From: Azolla caroliniana
Taxonomy: Eukaryota > Plantae > Polypodiophyta
Length of the DNA stretch: 64,000 nucleotides
Direction: 5' to 3'
NCBI GenBank assembly: GCA_043228905.1
Contig: JBHGNT010000002.1
Span: forward strand, 19,592,001-19,656,000
Shown here: in pieces, positions 35,540-49,800 of the stretch
Layout of the letters: every line of letters starts with the position of its first letter
How positions within the stretch are numbered: the stretch's first letter is position 1
Translations under genes and position numbers: made by a program
The notes under the pieces: model-generated
What the model was told of the DNA's origin: nothing
The model's database searches: none
Seen by the model: the letters and a program-made list of their open reading frames with translations, nothing else

Positions 35540-37578
35540 TAGCTCGCTCCCTAGTGAAAAGCTAGACGCGAGAAATTATTCATTTTGGGAGTACAAGATG
35601 AAACAATACCTAGTAGGCCAAGGGTATTGGAGCTACATCAACGATGCACTCGAAAACAAACCCGACATCACAAACGCGAATTACCCAATGTGGGAGCAAG
35701 GAGCGAGTCGAGTAATGTATTGCTTGGCAACATGTGTCCACGACCACATGCTTAACCACATTCAAGCCGCCAAGATGCCTAAAGAGGCATGGGAGAATCT
35801 CAAGAAGATTTTCTCCGCCAATACGACGGCACACAAACTTCAACTTTGGCAAGAGTTGAACAACATACGACAACAAAATATGTTTGTGTCGGACTACATA
35901 GCCAAGATCAAGAGCATTTGTGACTCTTTTGGCTCCATCAACATAAACGTCGACGAAGACGAGATGGTTCAAGTATGCTTGGGCGGCCTCACACAATGAT
36001 TCGACTCGTTAAGGACGACAATCTTAGTGAGGGAAAATCCTCCTTCGTTCTTTGAACTTCAATCAATGTTATTGGTCGAAGAGAACCACGTCCAAACCAA
36101 GACCAAGACGTTGGAATAAGACAAGCCGACAACTCACAAACTACGCCACCAACTCCGAATACGACGACTACGGTGGACTATTTGTAATGAGACATAGAGC
36201 GAAATCTATGATGGCCTCCGACTCCACAAGCTCTTCCAACTCGAAAGATGTGTAGTTCGTTGACTCTGGCGCCTCTCATAATATGACGTCACACCAAGAG
36301 TGGTTTCGTGACTTAAGAACGCCGGATCAACCCGGCTTCATAGAGATGGGAGACGACACCACACATCCCATTCGGCACATCAACAACGTTCCATTCAGCA
36401 ATGACGGCCAAAACAATTGCATCAAGAATGTCTTGTAAGTGCCGACAATAACAAAGAATTTGGTTTCGGTCGGCCAAATCGTGGAGCAAGGCATGGAAGT
36501 TCGTTTCAACAATGAAGAATGCTTCATAGAAAAAGATGGTCGACTCATAGATAAGGGACGGAGAGACGGCCGAATGTTCATTCTCGATTCGAACGAGGTG
36601 AAATCAGCCTAAATCAGCCATGTATACCAAAGGTCTCAAAGCTGAGACCGACATCGAGTTGTGGCACAAGAGATACGGTCACATCACCTCCAACGGCTTC
36701 GAGCTATGCAATCAAAGGGAGTCATGATCGGAATTTCGGCCTTTGAGTCGAAACGAGTTGACCGAGTGTGCATAGCATGCCAACTTGGCAGACAATATTG
36801 ATTCCTATTTCTGAAGGAGAGCTACGTAAGCATACTTGAAGGCCTCCTCGAAGTCATACACTCGAATGCATGGGAACTGGCTCAAACGGCGACGATCGGC
36901 GGATGCTGATACTACGTCACCTTCATCGACGACTACTCCCGCAACACGTGGTTCTTCCTGATGAAGAAGAAGAGTGAAGTGCTCCCCCACTTCCTAAAGC
37001 TCAAGGGCCAAGTTGAAGAAGAAACCGGTCGGCACATTCGATGCCTAGGATCGGATGGAGGCAAGGTGTACTTCTTCGACGAATTGATCTCCTACCTCCA
37101 AGGTGAAGGCATTCGGAGAGAATTCTCATGCCGACACACACTCCAACAAAATGGATTAGCCGAAAGGAAGAATCGGCACATACTCGAGGTAGCATGCGCC
37201 ATAATGCATGAGAAGCACATGTCGAATTTCTGTTGGGCCAAAGCGGCATCCACAGCCGTCTATCTCATGAATCGATGCACCACTAATGGAGTGCATGAGC
37301 TAACTCCATACGAGGTCCTTGTCCGAAGGAAGTTGATCCTGTCACACCTCAAAGTGTTCGGAAGCATTGTGAATGTACGCATCCCAAATGAACAATGACA
37401 AAAGCTCGATGCGAAGTCGGAGAAATGTATCCTCGTAGGATACTCATCATAGCAAAAGGCATACAAGTGCTATAACCCTTTGTCTCAAGTGGTTCAGGTG
37501 AGTCGAGACATATTCTTCGATGAATTGACAACTTGGTATAAGCCTGATTAAGCTCCATCCAACCCAACCGACGAAGAG
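35540..37578 (+). pseudogene. Ty1/Copia gag-PR-integrase remnant, related to the element at 40312
   Basis: WEYKMKQYLVGQGYWSYI, FVDSGAS, SDGGKVY, QQNGLAERKNR and KLDAKSEKCILVGY, with many lesions. Confidence 0.9.
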
Positions 37579-38149
37579 TGCTAGTTAGTGTATTGACCTT
37601 AAAGTCTTAAATAGGATTTTGTACTTGAGTGGGACACATTCTACATCCTCCACTCGCATGCTCATTTAGTATATAGGACTTACACATTTGTACATATATT
37701 CTCCTCACACATGTGCGCCCTTGCACATAAGATGTATATATACCTCATTGTATTTTGACGCTTATTAATATAGAGGAAAGGTCTTTAGCTACACTCTTGT
37801 TAATCATCCCTCATTTTACATTATTGTTCATAAGTGTATCTTCCTTTCTCTCTTCCTCTCACACACATACACCCACATATCACATAATCTTCCACCGCTT
37901 AACTACTCACATAATTAGTCACTAATTAACCCTAGTTAATTACCTAATTATTAACTAACAAGAGTGTAGCTAAAGACCTTTCCTCTATATTAATAAGCAT
38001 CCCCCATTTTACATTATTGTTCATAAGTATATCTTCCTCTCTCCCTTCCTCTCATACACATACACACACATATCACATAATCTTCCGCTGCTTAACTACT
38101 CACATAATTTGTCACTAATTAACCCTAGTTAATTACCTAATTATTAACA
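37579..38149 (+). mobile_element. Solo-LTR-like insertion with internal inversion and duplication
   Basis: TG...ACA termini. TSD AAGAG at 37574-37578 and 38150-38154. Same family as the inverted fragment at 54872-55193. Confidence 0.75.
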
Positions 38150-38597
38150 AAGAGGACGTGAGCATTTGTCCATGATGTGTGTTGCCTTTTTGTTGAGCTA
38201 CTTGTTGGCTCATGGCTAACATTAATTGAAGACGACTCCATTGTTGCATGAGTTTGAGATGATGATTCCATTTAATGTCGTTCTTATAAAACTCAATCAG
38301 CTCATATCAATCACTCAAATAGCACATATAGTTACTCAAACACTTTGGAGGATTGCTCTAGGACATTTGACAAAACAAAGAGGACGTGAGCATTTGTCCA
38401 TGATGTGTGTTGCCTTTTTGTTGAGCTACTTGTTGGCTCATGGCTAACATTAATTGAAGACGACTCCATTGTTGCATGAGTTTGAGATGATGATTCCATT
38501 TAATGTCGTTCTTATAAAACTCAATCAGCTCATATCAATCACTCAAATAGCACATATAGTTACTCAAACACTTTGGAGGATTGCTCTAGGACATTTG
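38150..38597. repeat. Tandem duplication with 228-bp period
   Basis: AAGAGGACGTGAGCATTTG...CTAGGACATTTGA occurs twice and is essentially identical. Confidence 0.9.
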
Positions 38598-40817
38598 AGG
38601 AAATTAAGAACTTACAACCATATTTTGACAAACATATGTAAGTGTGCATACACTAAATCATAAGTCTATGTACATTCGGCTAGGCCAATTTGGAAAACTA
38701 AGCTAGATAAGAAGAATTTGAGTCTTAAGAACACAAACATCCCCTTATAAGTCAGCTGAAGTTACACCAAATCAAGTGATCAGTGGTAATATCAAAGACT
38801 CTCATTTGGACAAAATCAAGAACGATCAAGTCAATTTTTCAGTTTACCGTTTGGCTGTTTATAATGTTGGAATATAGTTTTCCCTAGTGTAGAAGTCACG
38901 TGTTGGATATATACAACATGTGGACTTCTCCAAATGCTTACCAAGTTTCTCACTTCATTTGTACAATTTGAATGGAAAGAAAGAACCTTTGGAGGATTGC
39001 TCTAGGACATTTGGGGAAATTAAGAACTTACAACCATATTTTGACAAACATATGTAAGTGTGCATACACTAAATCATAAGTCTATGTACATTCGACTAGG
39101 CCAATTTGGAAAACTAAGCTAGATAAGAAGAGTTTGAGTCTAAAGAACACAAACATCCCCTTATAAGTCAGCTGAAGTTCCACAAAATCAAGTGATAAGT
39201 GGTAATATCAAAGAATCTCATTTGGACAAAATCAAGAACGATCAAGTCAATTTTTCAGTTTACCGTTTGGCTGTTTATAATGTTGGAATGTAGTTTTCCC
39301 TAGTGTAAAAGTCATGTATTGGATATATACAACATGTGGACTTCTCCAAATGCTTACCAAGTTTCTCACTTCATTAGTACAATTTGAATGGAAAGAAAGA
39401 ACCTTTGGAGGATTGCTCTAGGAGATTTGAGGAAATTAAGAACTTACAACCATATTTTGACAAACATATGTAAGTGTGCATACACTAAATCATAAGTCTA
39501 TGTACATTCGACTAGGCCAATTTGGAAAACTAAGCTAGATAAGAAGAGTTTGAGTCTAAAGAACACAAACATCCCCTTATAAGTCAGCTGAAGTTCCACC
39601 AAATCAAGTGATAAGTGGTAATATCAAAGAATCTCATTTGGACAAAATCAAGAACGATCAAGTCAATTTTTCAGTTTACCGTTTGGTTGTTTATAATGTT
39701 GGAATGTAGTTTTCCCTAGTGTAAAAGTCATGTATTGGATATATACAACATGTGGACTTCTCCAAATGCTTACCAAGTTTCTCACTTCATTAGTACAATT
39801 TGAATGGAAAGAAAGAACCTTTGGAGGATTGCTCTAGGAGATTTGAGGAAATTAAGAACTTACAACCATATTTTGACAAACATATGTAAGTGTGCATACA
39901 CTAAATCATAAGTCTATGTACATTCGGCTAGGCCAATTTGGAAAACTGAGCTAGATAAGAAGAGTTTGAGTCTTAAGAACACAAACATCCCCTTATAAGT
40001 CAGCTGAAGTTCCACCAAATCAAGTGATAAGTGGTAATATCAAAGACTCTCATTTGGACAAAATCAAGAATGATCAAGTCAATTTTTCAGTTTACCGTTT
40101 GGTTGTTTATAATGTTGGAATGTAGTTTTCCCTAGTGTAGAAGTCATGTATTGGATATATACAACATGTGGACTTCTCCAAATGCTTACAAAGTTTCTCA
40201 CATCATTTGTACAATTTGAATGGAAAGAAAGAACCTTTGGAGGATTGCTCTAGGACATTTGGGGAAATTAAGAACTTACAACCATATTTTGACAAACATA
40301 TGTAAGTGTGTTGTTGAGAATCAAGCTCAACTTGGTCTAGTGTGTGAACTCACCTTGAGAGTGAATAGACACTCCAACGGTCAAGAGTCACCATTATGTC
40401 ACCTCTTTGTATTTTAGCATTTAGTATGAGCTTTCACATTCCCCATGCTCCATGAGTCTTGTAGTTAATGAAGAGAGAGGGTGACTACATAAAGCACCCT
40501 CCTCCCACCTTGTATAATGTTGAGTCTTTCTCTTTTGTTAATATACTTTTACCTTGCGTATTCTCTGTGTTTCTCTCACTCTTTCTCACTCTCTCATACA
40601 CACACACATAACTCACATCTCTTCCACTTCACAAGAATCCATCTCTTGATTCTTTACATGGTATCAGAGCGATTTGGTAGTTCGATCTAGCCCATTTGCC
40701 TCATCGTGATCGTGTGTTGTGCTCCACGCCGACGACCAAGAACTGGCTCATCGCTATCGTAGCTTCGCTACATAGCTCGCATTCAAAGAGAGAAGAAGAA
40801 GAAGAAGAATCGACATA

Positions 40818-43800
40818 ATGAATACTCAAATGGGGAGCGCTCTCCCTACCGAGAAGTTGGATCGAAACAACTTCGCAGCTTGGGAGTACAAGATGCACCA
40901 ATACCTTGTCGGACAAGGCTATTGGAGCTACATCAAAGGAGCGCATGAAGATTGGCCCGCCGAAACGGCTCCCAGATACGCGACATGGGAGCAAGCCGCA
41001 AGCTGCGTGATGTATTGCTTGGCGGCATGTGTTCACGATCACATGCTCGGCTACATTCACGAAGCCAAGACGCCGAAGGAGGCATGGGAAAATCTACGAA
41101 AGATTTTCGCGGCGAACACAACCGCAAGACAGCTTCAACTCGAAGATCAAGGAGCTTTGCAATTCGCTCGGCTCAATAAGCGTAAATATCGATGATGATG
41201 AGATGGTTCAAATATGCCTCGGCGGCCTCGCACAACGGTTCGGCGCGATGTGAACCATTGTTCTAGCACAGGAGAAATCTCCCTCCTTCTTCGAGCTCCA
41301 ATCAATGCTATTGGTCGAATAAAACCACATGCGTATAAGGAGCAATGAGTCGGAAAGCCACATGCTCTACACGCACTCGAACGAAGGAAGAGGACGCGGA
41401 TGGTCGAGAGGCCGATTCGGCCAAGGACAAGGCGAACGAGGTCCGACCTATGATAACAACTCCCAATTTCGGCCGCAAAACGGAAGCCAACGAGGAACCT
41501 TCGCAAGAAGGGGGAGCTTCCACTCTGGCCCGAACTGTCAAAACACAACCGAATGCGGATATTGCGGAAAGTTCGGCCACCACGAAGAAGAGTGCCGAAA
41601 GAAGATGCGTGAATCGGCTTCCACAAGCCGACAACTCACGAATTACGCACACAACTCTGACTACGAAGATCGTGGCGGAATGCATGCACACAACTCCGAC
41701 CGTGGCGGAATGTTCATGATGAAACATAGATCAAACTCTATGTCAGCCTCTACCTCAACTAGTGCCTCCGATCCGGAAGACGTATGGTTCATCGATTCCG
41801 GTGCCTCGAACCATATGACATCGCATCAAGAATGGTTCTGAGAACTTCGAGAGCCAGACCGACCCGGCTATGTCGAAACCGGAGACGACACTACGCACCC
41901 GATTCGGCACATCGGCAATGTTCCATTCGGAAAAGAAGGTAAGCAAAATTACATTAAAAATTTCTTACATGTACCGACCATTACGAAGAATTTGGTCTCC
42001 GTCGGCCAAATTGTAGAGCAAGGGATGCAAGTTCGATTTAATCAAGGCGGTTTCTTCATCGAAACCGACCCATCGCACGCGGACGAAGAGAGGGCCGAAT
42101 GTTCATTCTCGACTCACACGAGATGAAATCAACCATGTTCGCAAAGGGCATGAAAGCCGACTCCGACATAGAGTTATGGCACAAGCGGATTGGCCATATA
42201 AATCTCCAAAAACTCAAAGCAATGAAATCAAAAGGATTCATCATTGGACTCCCAACATTCAAAGAGAAGGAGATTGAAGGTGTATGCGAAGCGTGCCAAT
42301 TCGGCAAGCAACACCGACACCCATTCCCGAAAGAGCGGAACGTGAGCAAAGGTCTACTCGACGTAGTCCATTCTGACGTATGGGAACCGGCGCAGACGGC
42401 TATATTCAGCGGATGCCGATATTACGTGCTCTTCATCGAAGACTTGTCTAGGCACACTTGGATCTAACCGATGCGGCAAAAGAGCGAAGTATTCTGACAC
42501 TTCCAAAATTTCAAGAATGAAGTCGAGAAAGCCACAGGCCGACATGTACGATGCCTTCGATCGGATGGCGGCAAGGAGTACTTCTCGGACGATTTCACGG
42601 CGTATCTCTGAAAGGAAGGAATTCGGCGAGAATTCACTTGCCGACACACTCCACAACAAAACGGGGTAGCCGAGCGCAAAAATCGGCACATCCTCGAAGT
42701 AGTATGGGCCATGATGAACAAGAAGCATATGCCCAAGTCATATTGGGCCGAAGCTGCAAATACGGTCATCTACCTAATGAACCAATGCACAACATCCGGC
42801 GTGCACGAGGTCACTCCGCACGAAAAATACTTCGGAAAGAAGTTGGACTTATCGCACACCCGGATATTCGGCGCGATAGCGTACGTGCACATCCCCGACG
42901 AGAAGCATCAAAAGCTTGACCCGAAGTCGGAGAAATGTATCCTCGTAGGATACTCACTGGAGCAAAAGGGGTACAAATGCTACAACCCCTCAACTCGAAA
43001 ATCTCGAGTAAGTCGAGACATTGTTTTCGACGAGTCCGCATCCTGGTACGCACCAGAGAAAATTCCAACTCCGACTCCGCTCGACCTGGAATCCGCCGAA
43101 CAAGAGATAGAGGATGAAGATCGCCTTATGTGCATGTTCAAAGAAAGTCCGATCACATCCCGACTGAGCGGACCACAAGAGCCTTTGAGCGATCAAAGCA
43201 CATCACGGCCTAGCCCGAAGATGGACAAAGGCAAGGTGAAAATGAAAGAATACGAAGACGATCGCTTCGACGACGATGAATCGACTCACTCACTCGACAG
43301 TGAGTTTAGCAGCTTCAATGTACCAATCGGAGATAAGAAAGCCCTCATCTCTGCAAATGAAAAGCTTCGTCGATCCACTCGTGAAAAGAACCCTGTAAGT
43401 CGATTTAGTTACAACGATTATATGGCGTACCATTATGCCTTTATGATGAAGGTAGCAACAGTACAGGAGCCGGAAACCTTTTCCGAAGCCGCGAAGGACC
43501 CGCGATGGATCGAAGCAATGAACGAGGAGATGCAGGCACTACGGAAGATCGAGACGTGGGATCTCGTTCCCACCTCACCGCACAAAAAGGCGATCGGATG
43601 CAGATGGATTTACAAAGTGAAGTACAACACCGACAATTCCGTCAACCGCTACAAAGCGCGACTCGTAGCAAAAGGCTACACACAAACGCATGGAGTTGAC
43701 TACAAAGAGACCTTTGCCCCGGTGGCAAAGATGACTACGGTACGGACCGTAATTGTGCTTGCCGTGGAGAAAGGGTGGCACCTCCATCAAATGGACGTCA

Positions 43801-45035
43801 AGAACGCCTTTCTACAAGGTGAATTAGAAGAGGAGGTGTACATGATACAACCACCCGGCTTCAACTCGAGCACCCATCCAAAAGTTGTATGCCGACTCAA
43901 GAAGCCACTCTACGGCCTCAAGCAAGCATCGCGTGCTTGGCATTCAAAGGTAACGCAATATCTTCATCAAATCGGCTTCCGTATGTCAAAATCGGACAAC
44001 TCCCTTTACGTACGAAGTGATTCTGCAAGTCCGATCGTCATCATCTTATATGTGGATGACCTAATCATTGGAGGTGAGCATCTCGTTGAAATCAATAAGG
44101 TCAAATCCCTCCTTTCCGACAAATTCGAGATGACGGACATGAAGGAGCTCCACTACTTCCTCGGCATCAAGGTAATTCGGACTCCGGCTGGAATCATGAT
44201 CTCTCAGCAGCACTACATCCTCAACTTGATATACAAGTTCGGTATGGCTGAGTGCAAATCTGCAGCAACCCCGCTCGATCGCAATCTCAAACTAGATGTG
44301 AACTCCGGCACCAAAGCATGTGAGCCAACTCAGTATCGGCAACTCATCGAGAGTCTCATCTACCTCACGATCACTTGACCCGATCTCAGTTATCCGGTCG
44401 GTCTCCTTAGTCAATTCATACAAACACCGCGTGATACTCACTTGGATTGCGCTAAGCGAGTTCTACGATACGTCAGCGGCACAATAGATTGCGGCATCCT
44501 CTACAAGACCGCAATGCCAATACGACTTGAGGGATACACAGACGCCGATTGGGCCGGCTACAAAGCCAATAGAAGATCGACCTCCGGATTTGTTTTCTCC
44601 CTCGGCAGCGGAGCAATATCCTGGAGCAGCAAAAAGCAACCAACCGTCGCTCTTTTGAGCACAGAGGCGGAATACAGGGGCGCGGCAATGGCCACATGTG
44701 AAGCCGTATGGCTCAAAAGGATACTCAAGGATCTGGGCGTACCCATCAAGGATCTGAATTCCCTTTACTGCGACGACATGAGCAATATCTATCTGGCTCG
44801 AAATCCGGTGTTCCACGCGCGGACAAAGCACATCAAAGTGCACTACCACTTCATCCGAGAGCGCGTTTTAGCTGGCGATGTCTACCTACAACACATTAGC
44901 ACCAATCTTCAAACGGCCGACATCTTCACTAAAGCCTTAGGAGCCAACAAGCTATGGCAATTCATTACCGATCTCGGATTGAAGATCCCTGACCTGGCAA
45001 GCTTCAAGGGGAGTACTAAAGACATTACGCAATAA
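40818..45035 (+). pseudogene. Copia polyprotein (gag-PR-IN-RT-RNase H), degenerate
   Basis: CGYCGKFGHHEEEC, WFIDSGASNHM, LWHKRIGH, HSDVW, YKARLVAKGY, ILYVDDLII, GYTDADWAG and ADIFTKAL. Several stops and a deletion in gag. Confidence 0.95.
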
Positions 45036-45548
45036 CGCATGGATTCCACAAGCCGCGCACACTACGCAAGAACGCGTGGATTACACAACCACGCAACGAA
45101 GCCGCGAAGAAAGACGCAAGCCGAAGCACATACTTCACAACTATGCACAACGCATGTTGGAGCACGGATTCCGCAACTCCACATAAATGCGAGTCAAAGC
45201 GGATTTCGGATACCTTCTGAAACTGATCCGACTTGACCTTGAGGGGGCGTGTTGAGAATCAAGCTCAACTTGGTCTAGTGTATGAACTCACCTTGAGAGT
45301 GAATAGACACTCCAACGGTCAAGAGTCACCATTAAGTCACCTCTTTGTATTCTAGCATTTAGTATGAGTCATAGAATCATATTCTATGACACATAACTTA
45401 TGAGCTTTCACATTCCCCATACTCCATGAGTCTTGTAGTTAATAAAGAGAGAGGGTGACTACATAAAGCACCCTCCTCCCACCTTGTATAATGTTGAGTC
45501 TTTCTCCTTTGTTAATATACTTTTACCTTGCGTATTCTGTGTGTGTGT

Positions 45549-45651
<103 letters not shown>

Positions 45652-45934
45652 ACTCTCTCTCTCTCTCTTTCAAAGCTCTCTGTAAGTTCACTCCGGCCAT
45701 CGTTTTCTACGTTCTATAGCTCGTTGGAAAGCTCTTTGAGAGAGCTTTCTAAAGAATGTTCATTTACTGAATTCCGTTACCGTAGCGAGAAGTTATGAGC
45801 ATTTTCATCCGCAGCCATCTTTACCCCACGGTTCCTCAAACGGAAGGTAGATTTTGAAGCCCTAAATCGAGTGAAAGGTACATTCTCTCTCCTTCCCTCT
45901 CTGTCTCTCTTTTCCCGTAGGGTTTGTCCCTTCA

Positions 45935-46804
45935 ATGGAAAATACTCGTAAAACCGCCGCAAAGTTTGGGGGTATAATTGATAATGAGCCGAGATCACCA
46001 ACAAATCTTGATTCTAATGCAATGGACAAAATGCTTATGAGTCACTTGATTTCTCTTCAAGAAACCATAAACAAGCAAGGTGAAGAGATTAGGACGTTAA
46101 TGAAAGAGAATACTAAGCTCCAAAGTGTTGTCATTGAGAATGAAAGTCTTAAACAAGTGGTTGCAAAACTTCAAGAAGAGATTCAAGAATGTAAAAGAGC
46201 TTCTTTTGAAACAAATGAGCGCCTTAACAAGATTGAGTTAAAGGAAGCATTAAAAGAAGAAAAATTGGACACGATGAGGCGGGATGTAAGTGAGATGAAA
46301 AATGTATGTACAACGAAGTCATGGGCCGATGTATGTGGTGGGGATGTGCTATCAAACTCATCTAATATGCATGTGATGCATCAAGAGAAGAATATCGAAA
46401 ACATAGATGTCCGAGAATTGAAAGAACGTGAACGACGATCAAAGAACATTGTCATCCGTGGGATTAAAGAAGAGAGTATTGAAACACCCGCATCCCTTGG
46501 AAAGGCCATTGGTGAATTTTTTAGCATGCATTATGGGATGTCAGATGTGAATGTATATGGGGCACACCGAGTTGGGAAACATGGTGTTACTCGCTCCGGA
46601 GAAAGGCCTATTGTATGCACAATGACAGATGATACAAAGCGGCGGATCATACTCGAAAATAGTTGGGTATACCTCAAAGGTACACAATGCTTTGTGAGTG
46701 AAGATCGTACTATCTCACAACAAAATGCTCGTCATAAAGCATATGAAGAAAGATTGAAAAACAAGGTTAAGGATGTGCCTAAAGATGGAAATGTAGGCAA
46801 ATAG
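45935..46804 (+). CDS. LINE ORF1 (coiled coil plus RRM-like domain), 289 aa
   Basis: Coiled-coil N-terminal half, then SWADV, ERERRSKNIVIRGIKE, HRVGK...RPIV and LKGT...VSEDRT motifs. Confidence 0.9.
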   Translation: MENTRKTAAKFGGIIDNEPRSPTNLDSNAMDKMLMSHLISLQETINKQGEEIRTLMKENTKLQSVVIENESLKQVVAKLQEEIQECKRASFETNERLNKIELKEALKEEKLDTMRRDVSEMKNVCTTKSWADVCGGDVLSNSSNMHVMHQEKNIENIDVRELKERERRSKNIVIRGIKEESIETPASLGKAIGEFFSMHYGMSDVNVYGAHRVGKHGVTRSGERPIVCTMTDDTKRRIILENSWVYLKGTQCFVSEDRTISQQNARHKAYEERLKNKVKDVPKDGNVGK

Positions 46805-46810
46805 GGACAC

Positions 46811-49800
46811 GTGATCTATGAGACTAACCCACGCCTTTTACGACTATGCTTTTGGAATTGCAATGGATACCCATGGAATGCGGGATTTGGCATAGAGGAG
46901 TTCACCGATGACTCGGATATCACACTTCTTGTTGAGACATGGGAGCATGATACTCAAAGGATTCAAGGTTTAGGAAACTATAATGTACACTCTTTGATAT
47001 GGAAGAAAAATCCAAGACAAAGAAGAGGACAAGGAGGGGTGGCATGTTTGATTAAGAAGGAAATAGAGAAATATGTGTCAATCATAAAAAATGATGAAAA
47101 TAAATGCTACATATGGCTCAAAATAGAAACACCTAATGATTTGCCCACTTTTGTAGTTGGATGTTACATCCCTCATCAAGATTCTAACTTTTATGCTTGT
47201 TTGGATAAAGATCAACCGTTTGCCAATCTAGAAGATGATATTGCTTATTTCAAATCCAAAGGGGAAGTTATTGTCTTTGGTGACATGAATGCTCGTACAA
47301 GAAGTTTCCAACTTGATTCACAAGAATCTTTCATGCCACATATCTCAAGGATGCAAGAGGATATGCAAATGTATAACCGCTCTTCTAGCGATGAAAAAGA
47401 TCCGGACCAATTTGGGAAGTTACTCCTACAAATGTGCAATAGTACCGGATTGCTTATTGCAAATGGTATTTCCTTATGGCCCAACACTAATGGTTTTACA
47501 TGTAGAAAACACAATGGAAATAGTGTGATTGACTATGTGCTACTTTCCGAATGTATTTTGGATCGTATACATAAATTCTCACTTGGTGAATGGACACCGG
47601 AATCCGATCATAGGCCTTTATGTATCGATCTCAAATGTATGCATAGGTTTGATTGTGAGAAGGCTATTGAAGATAATAAACAACCGCACTTGAGCATGAA
47701 CCTTAAGCGAGCACCCATGTATTCCAAGATGGTTGAGGATATGTTACAAATGACAAAGATACAACATGGTGCCACACTAGAATGCAAATGGGAAGCTTTC
47801 AAGAAAGTCATTCTCTCATGTACAAACAAATGTTTTTCGACCAATCGCACATCTTGGAAATGCACCAAGAAACTTAGGAAAAAATGGTTTGATAAAGAAT
47901 GTCATGAAGCTCGAAAGTGCCTTATGGTTTTGGATGTAGTTAAGGATAAAGAGAATTACCAAAAGCATTTGCATGAGTATAAAAGGCTTATTCAAAGAAA
48001 GAGAAGAATATGGGAAGTTACTCAACAACTTATCCAAACGCAAGAGAAAGCACATGCATGTGCTAAATTTTGGGGAAATCTAAAGGGAAAACGTGTTGAG
48101 AGTTATGGTGACTTAACTCTTCACGACTTGTCTATGCATTGTAAGAATTTATATGAGTTATCTCTTGCCGGAAAGATGATGTGTTATGGTTCTCTTTCAC
48201 ATATGTCTCCCTTCTTTACAATTGAAGATATATGCATAGGACTTAAGAAATTGGCCTCTCGAAAGGCAAGCGATCTTCAATGTATAAAGGCTGAAATGCT
48301 CAAATGGACGGGAAAGGAAGCACATATATGGATAAGCGATATGTTTAATGATGCATTGCAACATGGTATGCCGTACGATTGGACTACAAATTGGATCAAA
48401 CCTTTACATAAAGGTGGAGATATAAATAATGTAAACAACTATCGAACCATCATGGTTGGCTCATTAATGGCAAAACTATTTGGATGTATAATGGAATCAA
48501 AGATAAGTGTATGGGCTGAAAAAAGTGGTAAGAGAGCTTATGGACAAGCTGGCTTTCGGAAACACCATAGCACCATTGATCACCTTATCACCCTTCGAGT
48601 ATTAACGGAGGAAAGTCGCCTTAGAGGTAAAGGTTTATATTGTTGCTTTGTAGACTTCAAGAAAGCTTTTGATATGGTACCTCGTGAGCATCTTTGGAGG
48701 CGAATGGAAGAACTTGAGGTGCCAAGTGAATATATGCTTGCAATTTCCCGAATTTATGAGAAGGTTATATGTTGTGTGCGCATGAGAGATAAACTTTCAG
48801 ATTTTTTCAAAAGCACTATTGGTGTTAAGCAAGGATGCCCACTCTCACCAACACTATTTGGTCTATGCATTGATGAATTGGAAGAAATGGTTACCAAGTT
48901 TGTAAAGGAAGAATGTGTTGAAGAAGTTGCCATTGGGAATGTTGTGATTATGCTTTTGCTATATGCAGATGATGTAGTGCTTTTTGCAAATACTTTAGGA
49001 GATGCACAAAAGCTTATGAAGGCATTGGAAAAATTTTGCATGCATACTAAATTAAGTGTCAATAGCTCTAAAACAAAGATTATGCTTGTGAAGAGCCAAA
49101 AAAGAGATAAACCATGCATTATGTACAACAATGAGCCACTTGAATGTGTGGAAAGCTTCAAATATCTTGGCCTTGAAGTTCCTTCAAATCATAGATGGAA
49201 TGAATGTGCTACACGCCGCTTAGAGGCGGGCAAGCGAGCATACTATGCATTTGAGAACACATGCAATCTTGGAGATATTAAGTGTTGGGTCCTCAAGAAA
49301 TATCTTTTCGACACTTTGGTGACACCGGTTCTTCTCTATGGGGTGGAAGTATGGGGCGGTAGCATCCCTAAATCTATGTGGAAAGAGTTTGAAAATGTCC
49401 AAAAGCATTTTCTTACCAAGTTTCTACAAGTTAAGAAACAAACGCCCTACACCCTCCTCCTCCTTGAGACGGGATCGCTTCCCATTGAGATCATGGCCAT
49501 GGAAAGGGTTGTTGAATACATGCTTAAGGTTCAAAAAAGTCCCTCACATCGACTTCCTAGAATTGCGTGGGAAGCAAGCAAAAAGATCCAAAAGACGCAT
49601 AAAAGCAAAATTTTGTGTTCCGGTTGGATGCAAGATATAGAAAAATGGTTTGGTAGATGGGATGCGAGACACTTGCTTCATGATGCATCATTAGATTCCT
49701 CTGTAAATGAGGCATTTTTGCAACGCCAATGTATCATGACATGGGACAAATGTGGAGGCTCACGCTTCACACATTATACTACACATGTTGCACCTAACTA

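Noticed and set aside
38226-38663. Duplicated small ORFs (MKTTPLLHEF...)
   Set aside because: By-products of the 228-bp duplication, with TTG starts and no domain signal.
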